From: Utricularia gibba
Taxonomy: Eukaryota; Plantae; Magnoliophyta
Length of the DNA stretch: 64,000 nt
Direction of reading: 5' to 3'
Assembly (NCBI GenBank): GCA_002189035.1
Contig: NEEC01000007.1
Span: 1,364,001 to 1,428,000 of the forward strand
Shown: piece after piece, positions 45,547-64,000 of the stretch
Position numbering within the stretch: position 1 is the first letter of the stretch
Layout of the letters: each line of letters opens with the position of its first letter
Program-made: the position numbers and the translations under genes
Notes under the pieces: model-generated
Databases searched by the model: none
Seen by the model: only the letters and a program-made list of their open reading frames with translations
Told to the model about the DNA's origin: nothing

Positions 45547-48500
45547 TTACTCGGTCTGGGGAAGCAAAAAACTGAACCCTGAGTTCTCACGCATGAGAGT
45601 GGGAGGCTCGACGTCTGAGATGTCAATTTGTTCCGTGGACTTGGATATTTCGTCCACTGAAAAAGGAATGCTGGGTTGAACGAGCAAATAAGCTAGTTCA
45701 GAATTTGTACCCAGGGCAGAGATGGAGAAAAGGGTTGTATAGATCATGCTAACCTGGAATCATCATCTAGCAGAAAGGAGTTGCTTACTGCATTATTCGA
45801 GTCTTCTGTCATCAAGATTCTCATGTTGGATATAACCTTCGACAGCATGAAAACTGATTATTTTCAGATTTCATTTCATGCAGATTCAACTGGTAATCAA
45901 GGAATACAGAAAATCCTAGGAGATTATGAGTGTGTTTAGATAAACTTACATCCGAAGACACACTGTGGGTGCCATACTTGTCATCCCAGTACATTGTGCT
46001 GATCCTGTATAGCTGTTGTATGCTAAGGACCTATTCAGCAGAAAAGCAGACAAACATACATTATGGTAGATGATTTCACACATTGAGTGGTTGTTGAAGA
46101 TTTGACTTACTGGGCAAAGTTTTCGACATATTTCATCCAGTGTTTTTTTTGGCTTTTGGTGGACCACCTGGATTTACAGTAAAAGTGCTTTATTCATGGG
46201 CATTAAACTATGAAATAGTCAGCTATCTTCAACCAGCATCACCAAAAACCGGCCATTCACCCAACCTCTGTGTTGAGTAAATGGCCGGCGAAGGTTGATT
46301 TGCCTGGTTCATCTGGAAAGCCATACTTTCTCAAAGAGAATTGGAAAATCATAGCATGTAGCCAGCTGCATTACCAGAAATCCTATGGCTTGTCTGATAT
46401 GCTTCAGCTCGTCCCAAGAAGAACCTGCATACTGTGGTGTTCCAAATTAATCATTTTCTGAAATTGGAGCATAATGCAAAAGCTGGGGTACCTCATCAGT
46501 CGCATTGTAACACCAGTGCTCCAGCTCTGCCAGCCCGGCTTTAACATATTCGCCGTTGCTAAAGGAACAACATTCTCTTCTTAAGAGAAGGCTGAAGCCA
46601 TGAGCAATTTTAAACCAATTATGACTTCACAGGTAAACACTAACTTGGAAGAAGGAACTAACTTGGTATATTAACATTGAGAATTCGTGAAAGTTCGCAA
46701 CATCTGTTCTAAAATAAGAAAGAAAATTTTCATGAATCTACAAGCTTATGCTACCTGTTGAATAATTGAACGTTGATGAAAGAAAATATCTGTGTGAACA
46801 CCTTCTGCACTAAGAAGGGAAGGACCTGACAGAGGTAAAGAAGTTGGGTTGCCAATGAAAAGTATCAGAAGACAGAGATATCCTAACATATATCAGACGT
46901 ATTACTCACATGATTAGCTTTCAATGTACTCAAAAAGTTATCGAGGCTCTTCACGATTCCCTGCCAATGTCCGGTCAGAAGTTGTTGCGCTGCAGTAATT
47001 GCTACTGATTTTGATGATCCCTTAACTAGGCTAGCTCTGGAAGTTCTAGGAGCCTACATGTACAAGGAGTATCATACAGTTTTGGCTACAGATCAACCAG
47101 AAAATGTGTATGAAAATTCTGGTACCTGAATACACAGACCAAGCAATGGAGAAATCTCCTTTTTTAAGTTGTCTCGTATCATCCCATAAAGTTTTTCCAC
47201 ATAAGCCGTAAGTTGTTGCTTGAACAGCAAAGCAGGGTATTTGGCTTCTACCTGGCGTAATGTCTCTACCCCATCAGGAATTCCATTGGTAAAAGAAAGA
47301 TTTGAACCTTGTGGATTTCCCCGGAAACTCTGAAGGAAGACATACAAGTACTGAAAGTGAAAAATTGTGCTTTTCAAAGACAGCGGCAAGCTTAGTTTCC
47401 TAATGATTCTGTTACATGACTCCTCCTGCCAAATAAAGCAGCTGATGATGACCGACGTCGTAGATGACCCATTCCAGTTGCACCAGTTGCTTTGAGTGTA
47501 CGTTGGAGGAGTAGTAAAAGAGTTGAAGCATTAGATAACCAATAAGCGAGCATATCATTGTTATCCTGTATTTTCTGCCAAACCAACGAACATGAAAAAA
47601 TTAACAAATCTTAAGGACATTCAAAGCAATGAAAATATGAAGTATATGAGGTTTACCAATACGAACCTCGACAGCATTCCCAATGGTCTGGATGATCCGA
47701 TCAAACACACTTGTTCTCTCAACTTCAAAAGACCTCCAATGCAAAAGGCACTTGTAAATGATACAAGCTGCTACTGGTTTGCTGCCTGAGAATCCCAAAT
47801 TCTGTAAAACGCATCGGAAGATCAACTCCTGATTTTCTTGCTGTTTTGCATTTAGTGACTTTTGAGGTCTGTCATCAGCTTCCGAAAATGAAGGGCTGTG
47901 GAGATCCTGCAATATTTGAAGAGGCAAAAAACAATTGAAGATCAAAGGAGAGACGCATGTACATGAGAATGCTCACTTAAATGAAGTCTTACCACAAGCA
48001 GTCTGGGATCCCCAAGTGCCTGGCCACTATCACTCCTCTGCCATTCTCAAATATAATAAAATTTCGTCAGAGCATAACTCGAAATTTATCCCATGAGAGC
48101 CATGTCGTTAAAGATACCTGAATGATTGATCTAGAGCGTCCAGAGAGAAACCTATTTGGAGCTATGGACACAGCCTGTTGACGGAAAACTTTATTTTCCG
48201 ACTCCAAATTATTGAGCTTCTCTTCCTGCCTGGTAGTTGATAGTCAACAAAAAACTTATTGATGAGAACCAATAAAGCAATGATGAAGTTTTCCTTCTCG
48301 AGTAGAAAAGATGCTTTTAATTACCTTTGTAGTGAATCCTGTAACTGATTAATCTTCTTCTCTGCCTCTTCTAATTTTGTTCCTTTTTCTTCACAAAGAT
48401 CCTGTGCCTCAGCATATTTCCTCTGCAAGTATTCAGCGGTCTCAGACTCATTCCTCAGAGAAGCATCGATGAAAGAAGAGGAAATTAATTTGATAGCATT

Positions 48501-51500
48501 TGAAGTCATGTCTTTTTCTTGACCTGAAACAACATAAAAGTAATAGCAATACCTTTAAAGCATCGACTTCTTCTTTCAGATTTTCAATTTGCTTGGTATC
48601 TTCTATGTAAACTGGAACCTCCTTGATAACAGGAGGTGCAACTTCAGTTGCTTTTTTCACTACCTCACGCTCCTTCATAAGTAGTGCATTTGTTTCATCA
48701 ACTTTTTTCTGCATGTCATGTATGACATTCTGCAACTTAGCTATTTCTTGAGCTTTACTTTCTTCCAAGTCAAACTGTATTCAAAATTCAGTGGTAAATA
48801 GTATGCTCGAAAGAAAAATCAAATTACTGGTCAAAATATGATTTATGTATTCAAGTTGCATACTCTTAAACGCTTTTCAAGTTGTAAGTGTAGTCTGGTT
48901 TCCTCTAACTGTTTTTCCAGCTTGTCTTTTGCCTCTCTTACGGCACCTGTTTCCCTCGCAGCCTGCAAAAGTATGAGCAACCAGTCTCTTTCTTTCCAGA
49001 AAGAATTTCCAAGTAGCATATTTTATCCAGAATCTTTTAGTACAGGCAACGGAATACATTATTTCCACATTGCGAACAAGTAGACAATGAAAAAAGTTGG
49101 AAACTGTGTACGTGCAGTAATAGGGAACTGAAGCTCACCATCTTGAGTTTCCTCAGTTCTCTTTTCGCAACTCTTCCTCTCCATCTGCATTGTGCAGCAA
49201 TTGCTCCCCTCTTAAGCCTTCTATACTGTGAAAAATCTCTATTCCCTCGCCACCGTGCCTGAGGCATGTAGAAAGAAATGATAAGCCATACAAGGGATAT
49301 GTGGAAAACATGGAGTCGCATATTGAAGTCTAGTACCTGGATAACTGTGGCTGCTCTTGTATTCCTCCGAAATCTAAATTTGGCACGCGCATCCATAGCC
49401 CGTAAACCAGCTTGTACAGCAATAACAGATGCTCGAAGTGTATTGTATGCTTTTCTAGCAAGGTATCTGAGCGTATTTTGTTGTAATTTTAGTACAGCAG
49501 CCTTTCTTTTCAGAGACGCATAATGTTTGCATGCTACTCTACCTAGAAAAGGAAACAGGCATAAGGATAACATAGACAGGAAAATGCTCAGTTCATGATG
49601 TTCGCTTAGCACATGCATATTAGAAGCAAGCACCAGTGGAAGATGTTATTTCTTGCTGGTTACCTCTGCAATAAGATTGTACATAGATGGTAGCCTCTCT
49701 CAGAGAAATAAAACTTTTACGAGCGATGTGAGTCATTATACGCCTCTGTATGGCCGTCGCTGCGGTGTTGAGAACTTCAGTTCTGCGTGCATCTAAGTCA
49801 GCCATCTGACCAGCTCGAAGAAAGACCTTAGTTTTTCCTAACTGTGTTACAAAAAAATTAATTTAATCAGATAGGGATAGTTGATGTTGTGGGCTTGATA
49901 TTAACTTCAACCTCAGGCATCAGAGTAGCATGTATGAGGCATTAAAAACCTGAATGCCATCAAGGATGTTGACTTTATGGTTTGCCAGTCTTCCTTATTA
50001 TCACTCAACTCATAATGAATACACAAAATCAAGATTTTCTCCATACCTGAAAACCATTTAGACCTTGCTTCTCCAAAATCTTCTTGCAGGACAGTTTTTC
50101 ATCGTAACTACAAGAGATAAAGGCCTTAAAGATTACGAAGCTTAACTTCCAATAAAAACTTCATTGAAGAAAATATGAATTTTTGCCATTAGTATTCAAT
50201 TATGAGATATGAGAAACTCAAGGCTTCAGTTAACAACAAATAAAAAATCAGGTTACCTTCCTTCCAATATTTCAGGTGCAAGAAGCCCAAATCTGACCAG
50301 GAATTCAAAGAAAGGGCGGCGAGTGGGATATCCAGCACAGCTAATCCTAATAGCCTCTAAAACACCCTGAATGAATGGGAAGTGATCATCAATGTTAAGT
50401 ACTTCGTCAAAAAATAAGAAAATGCAACACGCAAATTGTTGACTTACACCACAACGCAACTGTTGCAAAATATTCCGGTTTTCAAATATGGCTGGTTTAA
50501 GAAGATTATTTGGCTTTATACATCTAATGTAATGAGGCTCAGTAGCATTCAGAGTTTCCATCAACTGCTGCAGCTGCAACTGCATGTAGAAAATGCGACA
50601 GTAATGTCTTCATTCATAATGCATGACTTTCCAAAATATGAAACTGAAACCACCAGATCAAAAAGATTGTTACTTTCCATGTTATAGAAATACAACGTAT
50701 GTTTCTTAGATCAAGTTACGCCAATTAATTCCACCTAGGAGAGATAAGTTCAGTCACAGGAACCTTAAAACGTGAACCAATAGATGAGAACTTGGAAGAC
50801 TTTGTCGTTTCTTCATGTACTGAAGGGAAAAGGCCTGCTACAAAACTACATCTGGAAGAACCTAGCAATTCTTGGTGTTCAGGAACAACATAATCTTTAT
50901 TTTTGTCTAAAAACTGGTCAGATTGGTATTGAACCTGAAATTTACCAACAAGAGTATCATGAAAGCAACAATAAAAACATCCTTATATAAAAAGAGTGTG
51001 ATGGTAAAAGTAGAAAGTAGATACCTCCCCTGCATAGTGATCAATAGTAAAATCAGTACGAGAGAGCTTTGGCTTGATGAAGCGCTTATTACTTTTGAAA
51101 GTCTGATAGAGCTTGTTTGAGAAAGTCTCACGTGTTGATTTTGGGAACATACTATAAGATCATCACCAGACGTGAATCACTACTTAATGTCAACATGCAG
51201 TAAACGTTGGAATACAGAACATATTTTCTTTGAACAAAAAAATGCAAATTTCAAAATTATGTATGGAAAGTAAAAAATGAGATATAGGATTTGAATAGTA
51301 CCATGCTTCATCAAGGAGAGAAATAATTCCACCTGGTTTCTGTAAAAGAACAGAAATAAGATTTAGGACCAATCTGGGAAAACGAATTATTAAAATTACT
51401 CAAACAAATCATGTCGTTTTAAAATCTGGATGCTGCACGTCAAGTTTTTTTGGCAAGAACCTTCTCTATAAGATCTAAAACGTCTTGATTGTCAACAAAT

Positions 51501-54500
51501 TCAATGTAGCTCCAATCAATTTCCTCTTTTGTGTACTCTTCTTGTTCCATTTTAAAAACATGCTGCACGCATTTAAGAGTTATTAGTTACCTTTAAAATC
51601 ATCCTGCAAGCACATAACGACTAATGAAAAATCTTAAAATCATTTTTGAAAGCTATAGTCAGCTTAATGAGAACAACCTGATTGAAATGCTGCTGTAGCT
51701 TCTCATTGGTAAAGTTAATGCAGAACTGCTCAAAGCTGCCAAGAGAAACATGATCAAAGTTGGCGAGAGAATGAATTTTACATGAAATGATCTATTCGCA
51801 GGAAGAAAGATATGATAAACTTGCACCTATTGTGTTTAAAGCTCTCAAAACCATAAATGTCAAGGACTCCAATCAAAGATTTAGAGTTGTGATCCTGGCC
51901 AATAGAGCTGTTTATCTTATCAACTAACCTGTTCGTGGGTTAAAAAAGTGATAATGTATAAAAACTGTCTGGAAAAATGATCTAGCACAGATCAACTGAA
52001 GCATTACCAATCAAAAAGTCTAGAATATATTGTCTTAGCTAATCCATCCCTGCTAATTGCTGCACTAACAGGATCGAGACATCTCTTTATAACTTCCTCT
52101 GGAGTAATCATCACACGTTTACATAACGCATCTTCCAAAGCAGCAGGATCACACCTAAAGAAAAGTGTTAGAAACACTGAAACGGTAGAAAAAAATTGGG
52201 AAAGTGTATTTTGTCCCTATACCTGAGAAGTTCAGCAGTCTTCCTAAGATGAAATACAGCTTTTTCATCCTTTGGAATTGATGAGTCAATTTCCTTTCCC
52301 TTTGAAAAATCGATATTGCCAAGATGAAGAATCGCAGCAACCACTCTGAAAATGGCTTCCTGCATCAAATTAAGATGTCAGACAAGGAATTAGGGAATGA
52401 AATGAGATACCTGTATGATTGGCATAATACGACATACCTGCTCAGTTTCACTTATTCCCACAACATCCATTGCTTGTCTCGTAGCAATGTAGCTACGAGC
52501 ATCATTTACACCCGCTAGCTCAAAGCAATTTGATTGGTTCAGGTAATGAAATGATTTTGGGTGATCAAGGCTGTACTTTTCAACTTCCTGGGAGTAGGGT
52601 AGAAGAAAGATGTGTAACTTCCCAAGGCCAAGCCAAAATATGGTAACAGCTATATTAACCTGATCTCAAAACATAAAATAGAAATACTAACCTCTTTTGA
52701 TGCTGCGCATAACAAGTAAAAGCAATGGTAATTACGCTCAGGGTCGGAGATTTGACAAACACGCGACCTTTCAAGAAGGTATGTTCTGATGGCTGCTCCT
52801 GATATTCTTCCTTGTTTATCAAACTGTATTTCCACAAACTTACCAAAACGGCTGCATTGTTACATGCAGGTAATATGTGGTTAACACGAGTGTACAAATG
52901 GGGAGTTTCATATCCACTTTATCTTGATGCATTTGTTCTTAACTGATGCAGTAGCCAAGCTAATGAACAGACACGTTTACCACAACCAGAAGTTCAAAAA
53001 TTGTGAGACATGACTAAGAAGAAGTAACAAGACTTCACCTGGAATTGTTGTTTCTCACTGTTTTAGCATTGCCAAATGCTTCTAAAACTGGATTGGACTG
53101 CACTCAAGGATATGGAAAAAGAATGACACAACTGATCAGAAACAAGACAAATGAGATAGAAGATAGTGCTTGATATACTTCAAGGACTTGTTGTTCAACA
53201 GTGCGTCCTTCGGTGGCTTTCCTGCCACCCAGGAATGCGAGGTAACGCATGAGCATTTTTGTGGTCTCAGTTTTTCCTGCACCACTTTCACCACTAACCA
53301 GGATAGAGTTGCTTTTACCTTCATTTATCATCGCCCTATTTAAGTGAGGAACATTATACTGTGGAAGAGATACGCTGAGAAGATCTACAACAACCAAGAT
53401 ATGAAAGCTTAACCTGTATGCAACATCAGCCACTGCAAATACATGAGGACTCAGTTCTCCAAATAGAGCTCCCTTATATTGTTGCATCATATGATGATCA
53501 TATAAATGGGGAAGCTTTTGGAAAGGATTAATAGCTATTAGAATGTTTCCCGTGTATGTCTGTTAGACACAAACAAAAAAATACTCATGCTCAGTTAGAG
53601 CAAACTGTGTTGTGTGAACCATCATGAAAATATAAGTAACTGAAGACGCTTACATAAATTTCATTGAGTTCATATCTGCTCTTCAGATTCTCAAGCACCC
53701 CTGGCTCATGCAGATAAGAAAGCTTTGTCATATCATCAACTCCTCCAGCAGGGGCTTCCATGTCTTTAGGATACAATTGTGATAGCTTGGTGGTAATCTG
53801 ATTGGAAAACAATGAAATAAACCATCACCAGATTACAAGAATAGTTGAATACTAGAGACTGAGTTATAAAACAGTAAGAACTTCTGAAATATGATAATAA
53901 AAACACCAACTGGTATCTAGTGAAATCTATGCTTGAAAACTGATTTTGATTGCCAAAAAGCGCATGATAAATTTCAGACAGATCCGTTAGACGTCACTCG
54001 CCAGAGGAACGAAATTCACCCATACAACATGTACCTTCTTGCCATCAGTCCTCTCTACTTCAGCTTCCTGACCGTTTATTTTGACAACCCGCCCATCAAT
54101 CCAGGCCAGTGCTGGGTCCTGAGCCCACACGTGAGACCCGACTATCATTTTCACTGAGGTGCCCTGCAGCAGTTGACAACATTAAGAAACAATAAGCATG
54201 AGAAAAGTGCAGAAACAAACAGAACATAATAAGCTACAGTATATACAAATATGGAGAATCATGAGTTGCATAATTTCCAGAAGAAACATAAGGAAAGATT
54301 CATCCTTCAAAAATTTGCGTTTCTTAGAGCAAAAATGCGGATTACTTGAAAAATATCAACTCCTCAATTCTTCCGATCATGAACGTTGTAATCATAACTC
54401 GAAGCATGAATTACACAAAAACGCAGTCCATGTATGAAAATGATAAACAGCGACGTTTGACGAAATGGAGGTGGGAGATGAATCAAGTTCAAGATACACA

Positions 54501-54504
54501 CCAT
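45547..54504 (-). CDS. MYOXI: Class XI myosin (XI-C/XI-E-like), more than 35 exons
   Basis: SH3-like N-terminus (IVGSHVW), [18 protein letters not shown]-loop [17 protein letters not shown] repeats, coiled coil, DIL tail and the end [15 protein letters not shown]. The start ATG sits at the end of a small upstream exon (54504-54502) or at 54725 (see findings). Confidence 0.97.
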
Positions 54505-56028
54505 TTCCGGAATCAGAAATCTCCGCTCCAATCAGACCATCACATTCCCAATGAATCCTAGGTGCGCATTGCATTGCATTGGATTACATCGGCGGTGCAG
54601 TAAGACGACATGACAGCGAAAACTTTGGAAGGAGTCCCTATCCTAACCTTGATGATGCGATCCGAGTGTTGATGGTTTGAGATTTTTGTCGTGATTCTCT
54701 CTCTTCTCGCTTCTGTTGTCGTCATTTTTGCATTTGCATGGAAGCGAGCCACTGCAAATTCCGATCCATCATCTTCGGAACTCAGTCGAGCTGCCCGGCT
54801 GGCTCGCTTCACATTTAAATTAAATAAAAATAATATTCAAAATAGTGTACCACCATACACAATATATAGGCATGAATATATGAATTGGTCACAGATTTTA
54901 TGGGTTGATTCGTAATTTGAAAAATATTAAAATAATATTTATAAATTACTATTATTTTTATTTTATGTCGTATGTCCATTTATAACTTTTAAATTAAATT
55001 ATGTTAAAATCTTAGAATATGAATAAATGTGAAAAAAATTAAAATATGGAAAATAAATGATATAGATTAATTATAAATACTATGGATTTAAAATTCAAGT
55101 GAATAATAAATGCATTTAATTATTTGCCTATTTTGCAGTAAACTGAACCCGGTCAAATCCAAAATGGCTGAGCTTTTTACGGTAGGGTGGTAAAATGGCG
55201 GTAACGATCGTCGTCACTCAACTGGCACCTGGGCCTGTTTCTGCCGTTGCACTCATTAACTTCAGGTTTCTGCAATTATTTAATCGGCTCACAGCCACCG
55301 CACATTCCGACTCCATTCATGCACAGCCGCACACAGCACTCTCGTCGTGAGCCCCGCTTGCTTCCGTAACTGACCCCATTGCATTAAACCACCCATCGGC
55401 TACCAGCCGGGGAGATTCTCCGGCGGATTTGATCTTTCTCGGGTGGGATTTCGCTGTTTTGGGCATCCGTGGCCGTGATACACCAGGTGGGTTTTTCTTT
55501 TCCTTTATGTAGTGTGTGAAGTTTTTGAATTTTTGTGTTCTGCATGCCATAAGATTCGTTTCCGTCATCACAATTTTTTTGGAGCTGGGGCCTTGGTTCC
55601 GCTGGGAAAATGCTGGCCTTTTTCGGGTCCCACATTGAGTTATCTGGTGTTCTTTTTATGTGTATGGGAATTGAGAGTAGTTTATCTGGTTATTTCGGAT
55701 TGAGGATTATGGGGTTCTCTGCTTCGTCAAGCTGCTGGCTCCTTGGTTTGGATCACTCTAAAATCCATGGAGAATTACTCTGGTCCGTAATGGGTCGGAG
55801 GAACTGGGCATGTTCAGCAGTATGGAGCAACGCTTCTTTCAATGTAGAAAAACAAAGTGCAGTTTTCATCCTTGAACTACATCTTTTCCCTACGCAATAT
55901 GCTTTTTTTATCATTTCTGTAAGAAATGAATGGCATTTTGCTTAGGAGTCGAGTTCGCTTACCTCTATAAGAATCTGTATTGATACTGGTATTGTGTGTT
56001 CTTCTGAAACTTTTTTTTGTTAGTGAAA

Positions 56029-57965
56029 ATGATGATAAGAAAGGTGGATCTTCGGTCTGATACGGTGACCAAACCAACGGAAGCTATGCGGGCTGCAATG
56101 GCAACTGCAGAAGTGGATGATGATGTTCTGGGCCATGATCCAACTGCTAGTCGCCTTGAAAGGGAAATGGCAAAAATCTTGGGCAAGGAAGCAGCACTGT
56201 TTGTCCCTTCAGGCACTATGGCCAACCTTATCTGCGTGATGACTCACTGCCAGAACAGGGGAAGTGAAGTCATTCTAGGTGATGGGTCGCATATTCACAT
56301 TTATGAAAACGGTGGGATTTCAACAATTGGAGGCATTCATCCGAAGACAGTGAAGAATAATGAAGATGGAACCATGGATTTTGACTTAATTGAAGCAGCG
56401 ATAAGGGAGCCAAACTCCCAGTATTATCCCACAACAAGGCTTATCTGCTTAGAGAACTCGCATGCTCAGTGAGTTATATTTTAACACAATAAATTGCAGT
56501 TAATGTAGTTAATGTAGTAAATTGCCTTCTGCTCTATGGTATAGACTGCTTTGCTGTCTTAGACAACATATATACTTCCTTGTTTGAAAAGCGAGATTAT
56601 TTAGCATGTTGACAGCATCCTAATTGGTGAATTCATCATCATGCAGTTCCGGTGGTAGATGTTTAACTGCTGAGTACACAGATGCTGTTGGAAAACTAGC
56701 CAAGAGGCACGGAATAAAGCTTCATATAGATGGGGCTCGGATTTTCAACGCCTCACAGGTGAGCTTAACTTCACTGGTTCTTGAAGTAATCTGTTGGACC
56801 ACAGTTACACATTTGTTTTTTCAGGCTCTTGGTGTACCAGTGAAAAGGCTGGTGCAGGCTGCTGATTCAGTAACGGTACTCCATTACCTCTTTCTAATTC
56901 TTGTCTACTCAATGGTTTTATCATTTTGTTTATGGTTACCATTGAAACTTTACAACGATACGCATGCATGATTCAGGCTTGCCTATCAAAAGGTCTTGGT
57001 GCCCCAGCTGGTACCATTATTGCTGGTTCAAAAGCCTTCATTCAGGAGGTAAATAAGCTTCCATCTTCTCTTTTGATATTTTACTGCGGTCCGTAAAGTA
57101 CCTTAACATCTGTTGCATTGTCCTCATTTCTACCGTACAGGCTAGAGTTCTTAGGAAGACATTAGGTGGTGGCATGAGGCAGATAGGTGTTCTTTGTGCT
57201 GCTGCTCTGGTAGCATTGGAGGAAAATGTAGCAAAGTTAGAAGGTGATCATAAGAATGCTAAAATTCTAGCAGGTAGTTTCTCCATTCGGGGTTCAACGC
57301 TTATTCCAGAAGTATTTGTCAGCTTGAACTCTTTTCACATGTCTTACCTTCTTCTCCTTGTCTCAGAGGGCCTAAGCAGGATCAAGGGACTGAGCGTTGA
57401 TTTGGCATCAGTTCAGACCAATATTGTAAGCTTCATCACCCCTGGTGAGACATACCTCAAATGCAAGGATCATCACTCATTAAAGCTTTTCTCATCACAC
57501 TTTTAGGTCTTCTTTGATGTTCTCCAAGATTCCGGAACCACTGCAGCTGACCTTATTAAAAACCTAGAGGCGCAGGGTGTGTACGCAGTGGCAGAAGGCC
57601 CATTCAGGTGCACTTTTTACTTCTGCCTTTCTGCGTGTATATGTTGAGGATATGATCTTCGTTGCAGTTTTGGTAGCTTGCAAACTATAAATCCAAATAC
57701 TCTTAGGCTCTGTATGTAACAAAGGGAATACGTGTAATTACAGAGTAAGGTTTGTCACTCACCATCAAATCTCAGAGAATGATGTGAAGTACACAATTTC
57801 TTCCATCGAGGTAAAACTCTTGTTTTAATTCATAGTTAGCGCAGAGGCTACTTATGGTGACCACCATCACTCTTTCAGAAAGCTCTTTGCTGTGGCCATG
57901 GTGAAAATGGCAAGCTGCCGATTAACCTGCAAGCCTCCAAGGTTGTCGCTCCTGCTGCTGCTTAG
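56029..57965 (+). CDS. THA: Low-specificity L-threonine aldolase, 9 coding exons
   Basis: Motifs [43 protein letters not shown] lysine in CLSKGLGAP, and [10 protein letters not shown]. All junctions are in phase. Confidence 0.97.
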
Positions 57966-58244
57966 GTTTAACCCTTAGCTCAAGCTCAATTTGAATATCT
58001 ATCAGTTTGTGAATGGTCATTGAACTTGAGTGTTAATTCCATTAGAACTGAAAGAATGAAGTATTTGTATTGCTACAGAAGCATAATTTATCAGAACCAT
58101 GTCCAGAGCAACACGATGATGAAAAGAATTTCCAGAATAATCAGTAAGCCAGAGTACAATCGTTATATGCCAGCCGAATGCAGCTAGCATATATATATTG
58201 GTAAGGTTAGAACTCAAACACGACATAAAACAGAAAAAAAAACA

Positions 58245-63321
<5,077 letters not shown>

Positions 63322-63882
63322 CACCACTGATTAAAACCAAAGAAGCAAAAGTTGGATTACAGAAACACTATGTAACGAAATATAGAATAACAAATCGGAA
63401 AAAAATGATTAACATCTCAAGGCCCAAGTTTAAACTGGCATACGCGTTATGATGAATACTATCGCTCCTCCCCCTTGAAATTCCGAGCCCCCTTGACCTT
63501 CTCCTACTCAGAATTTCAATACTAACATGCAAGTTTCCTGCAATACATTACAACCAAAACCATCAACAATTGGCAATACTCCAAATCACGAGACAAAAGC
63601 AAGAAATCATCAACACTAGACTAGAAATAGTCAAGTGAAATCTGATTTAGCAGATCGGAGCCCAACCCTAATCTCCACGTACCTTGACCTTTTGAGCATA
63701 TCAAGATCAGCACTTAAGAAATTAAAATAAAAGTATTGTTTTCCAATTATCTTTTGTCGAAAAAAAAAAAAACAAAAATCATCATGCCCAGTCTTCCCAA
63801 AGTGCAATCACAATCCCACAACAAAATCCATCTTGCAGCATCGAAAAAAAGTTGGATTACTTCTTCCCGGATCTTGTTACAG

Positions 63883-63891
63883 AAACCCTAA
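63883..63891 (+). promoter_or_regulatory. Telo-box AAACCCTAA in the JMJ16-like 5' region
   Basis: Exact AAACCCTAA. Telo-boxes are established 5'-region elements in plants. Confidence 0.5.
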
Positions 63892-64000
63892 CCCAAAGTA
63901 TACAGTACCAGGTACGGAAAACGGGTACCATTTTCTAGATTTTACCTCTTCAGAGAACCCCCCAAAAAAATGTGAACCTAAAAAGCAATACCAATAATTC

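Noticed and set aside
55627-55637. USE-like GTCCCACATTG
   Set aside because: It is inside the THA leader intron, with no correctly spaced TATA and no recognisable RNA body.

Overview
Eudicot nuclear DNA from an unusually compact genome: 22 recognisable protein-coding genes in 64 kb (about one per 2.9 kb), with most introns 60-120 nt. I recognised no transposon, tRNA/rRNA gene or CRISPR array. A Lentibulariaceae-like source is an inference only. Gene order: LEA 3' end, class III peroxidase, PPR, AGP, cystinosin, SERGT1-like, SMR, LBD, oleosin, PPR, DUF1645, Sel1-repeat, TOG/ARM, MLO, TRM, HMGB, RAD17, APX, GDSL, myosin XI, threonine aldolase, JMJ16-like demethylase. Main observations: (1) seven -1 frameshifts in five otherwise intact genes, plus one candidate, all at short G/C runs; most likely long-read consensus errors, but this needs a read-level check. 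(2) A SERGT1 paralogue with only one of its two GT96 domains and a degenerate WISEMY motif. (3) A 56-aa ORF with a textbook signal peptide 136 nt downstream of the TRM stop, below the ORF-track cut-off. (4) Several GC-rich islands with splice and promoter signals but no family I recognise, including an E2F-site-flanked candidate antisense transcript overlapping APX. Homologue comparisons are from memory of Arabidopsis families; no database search was run.
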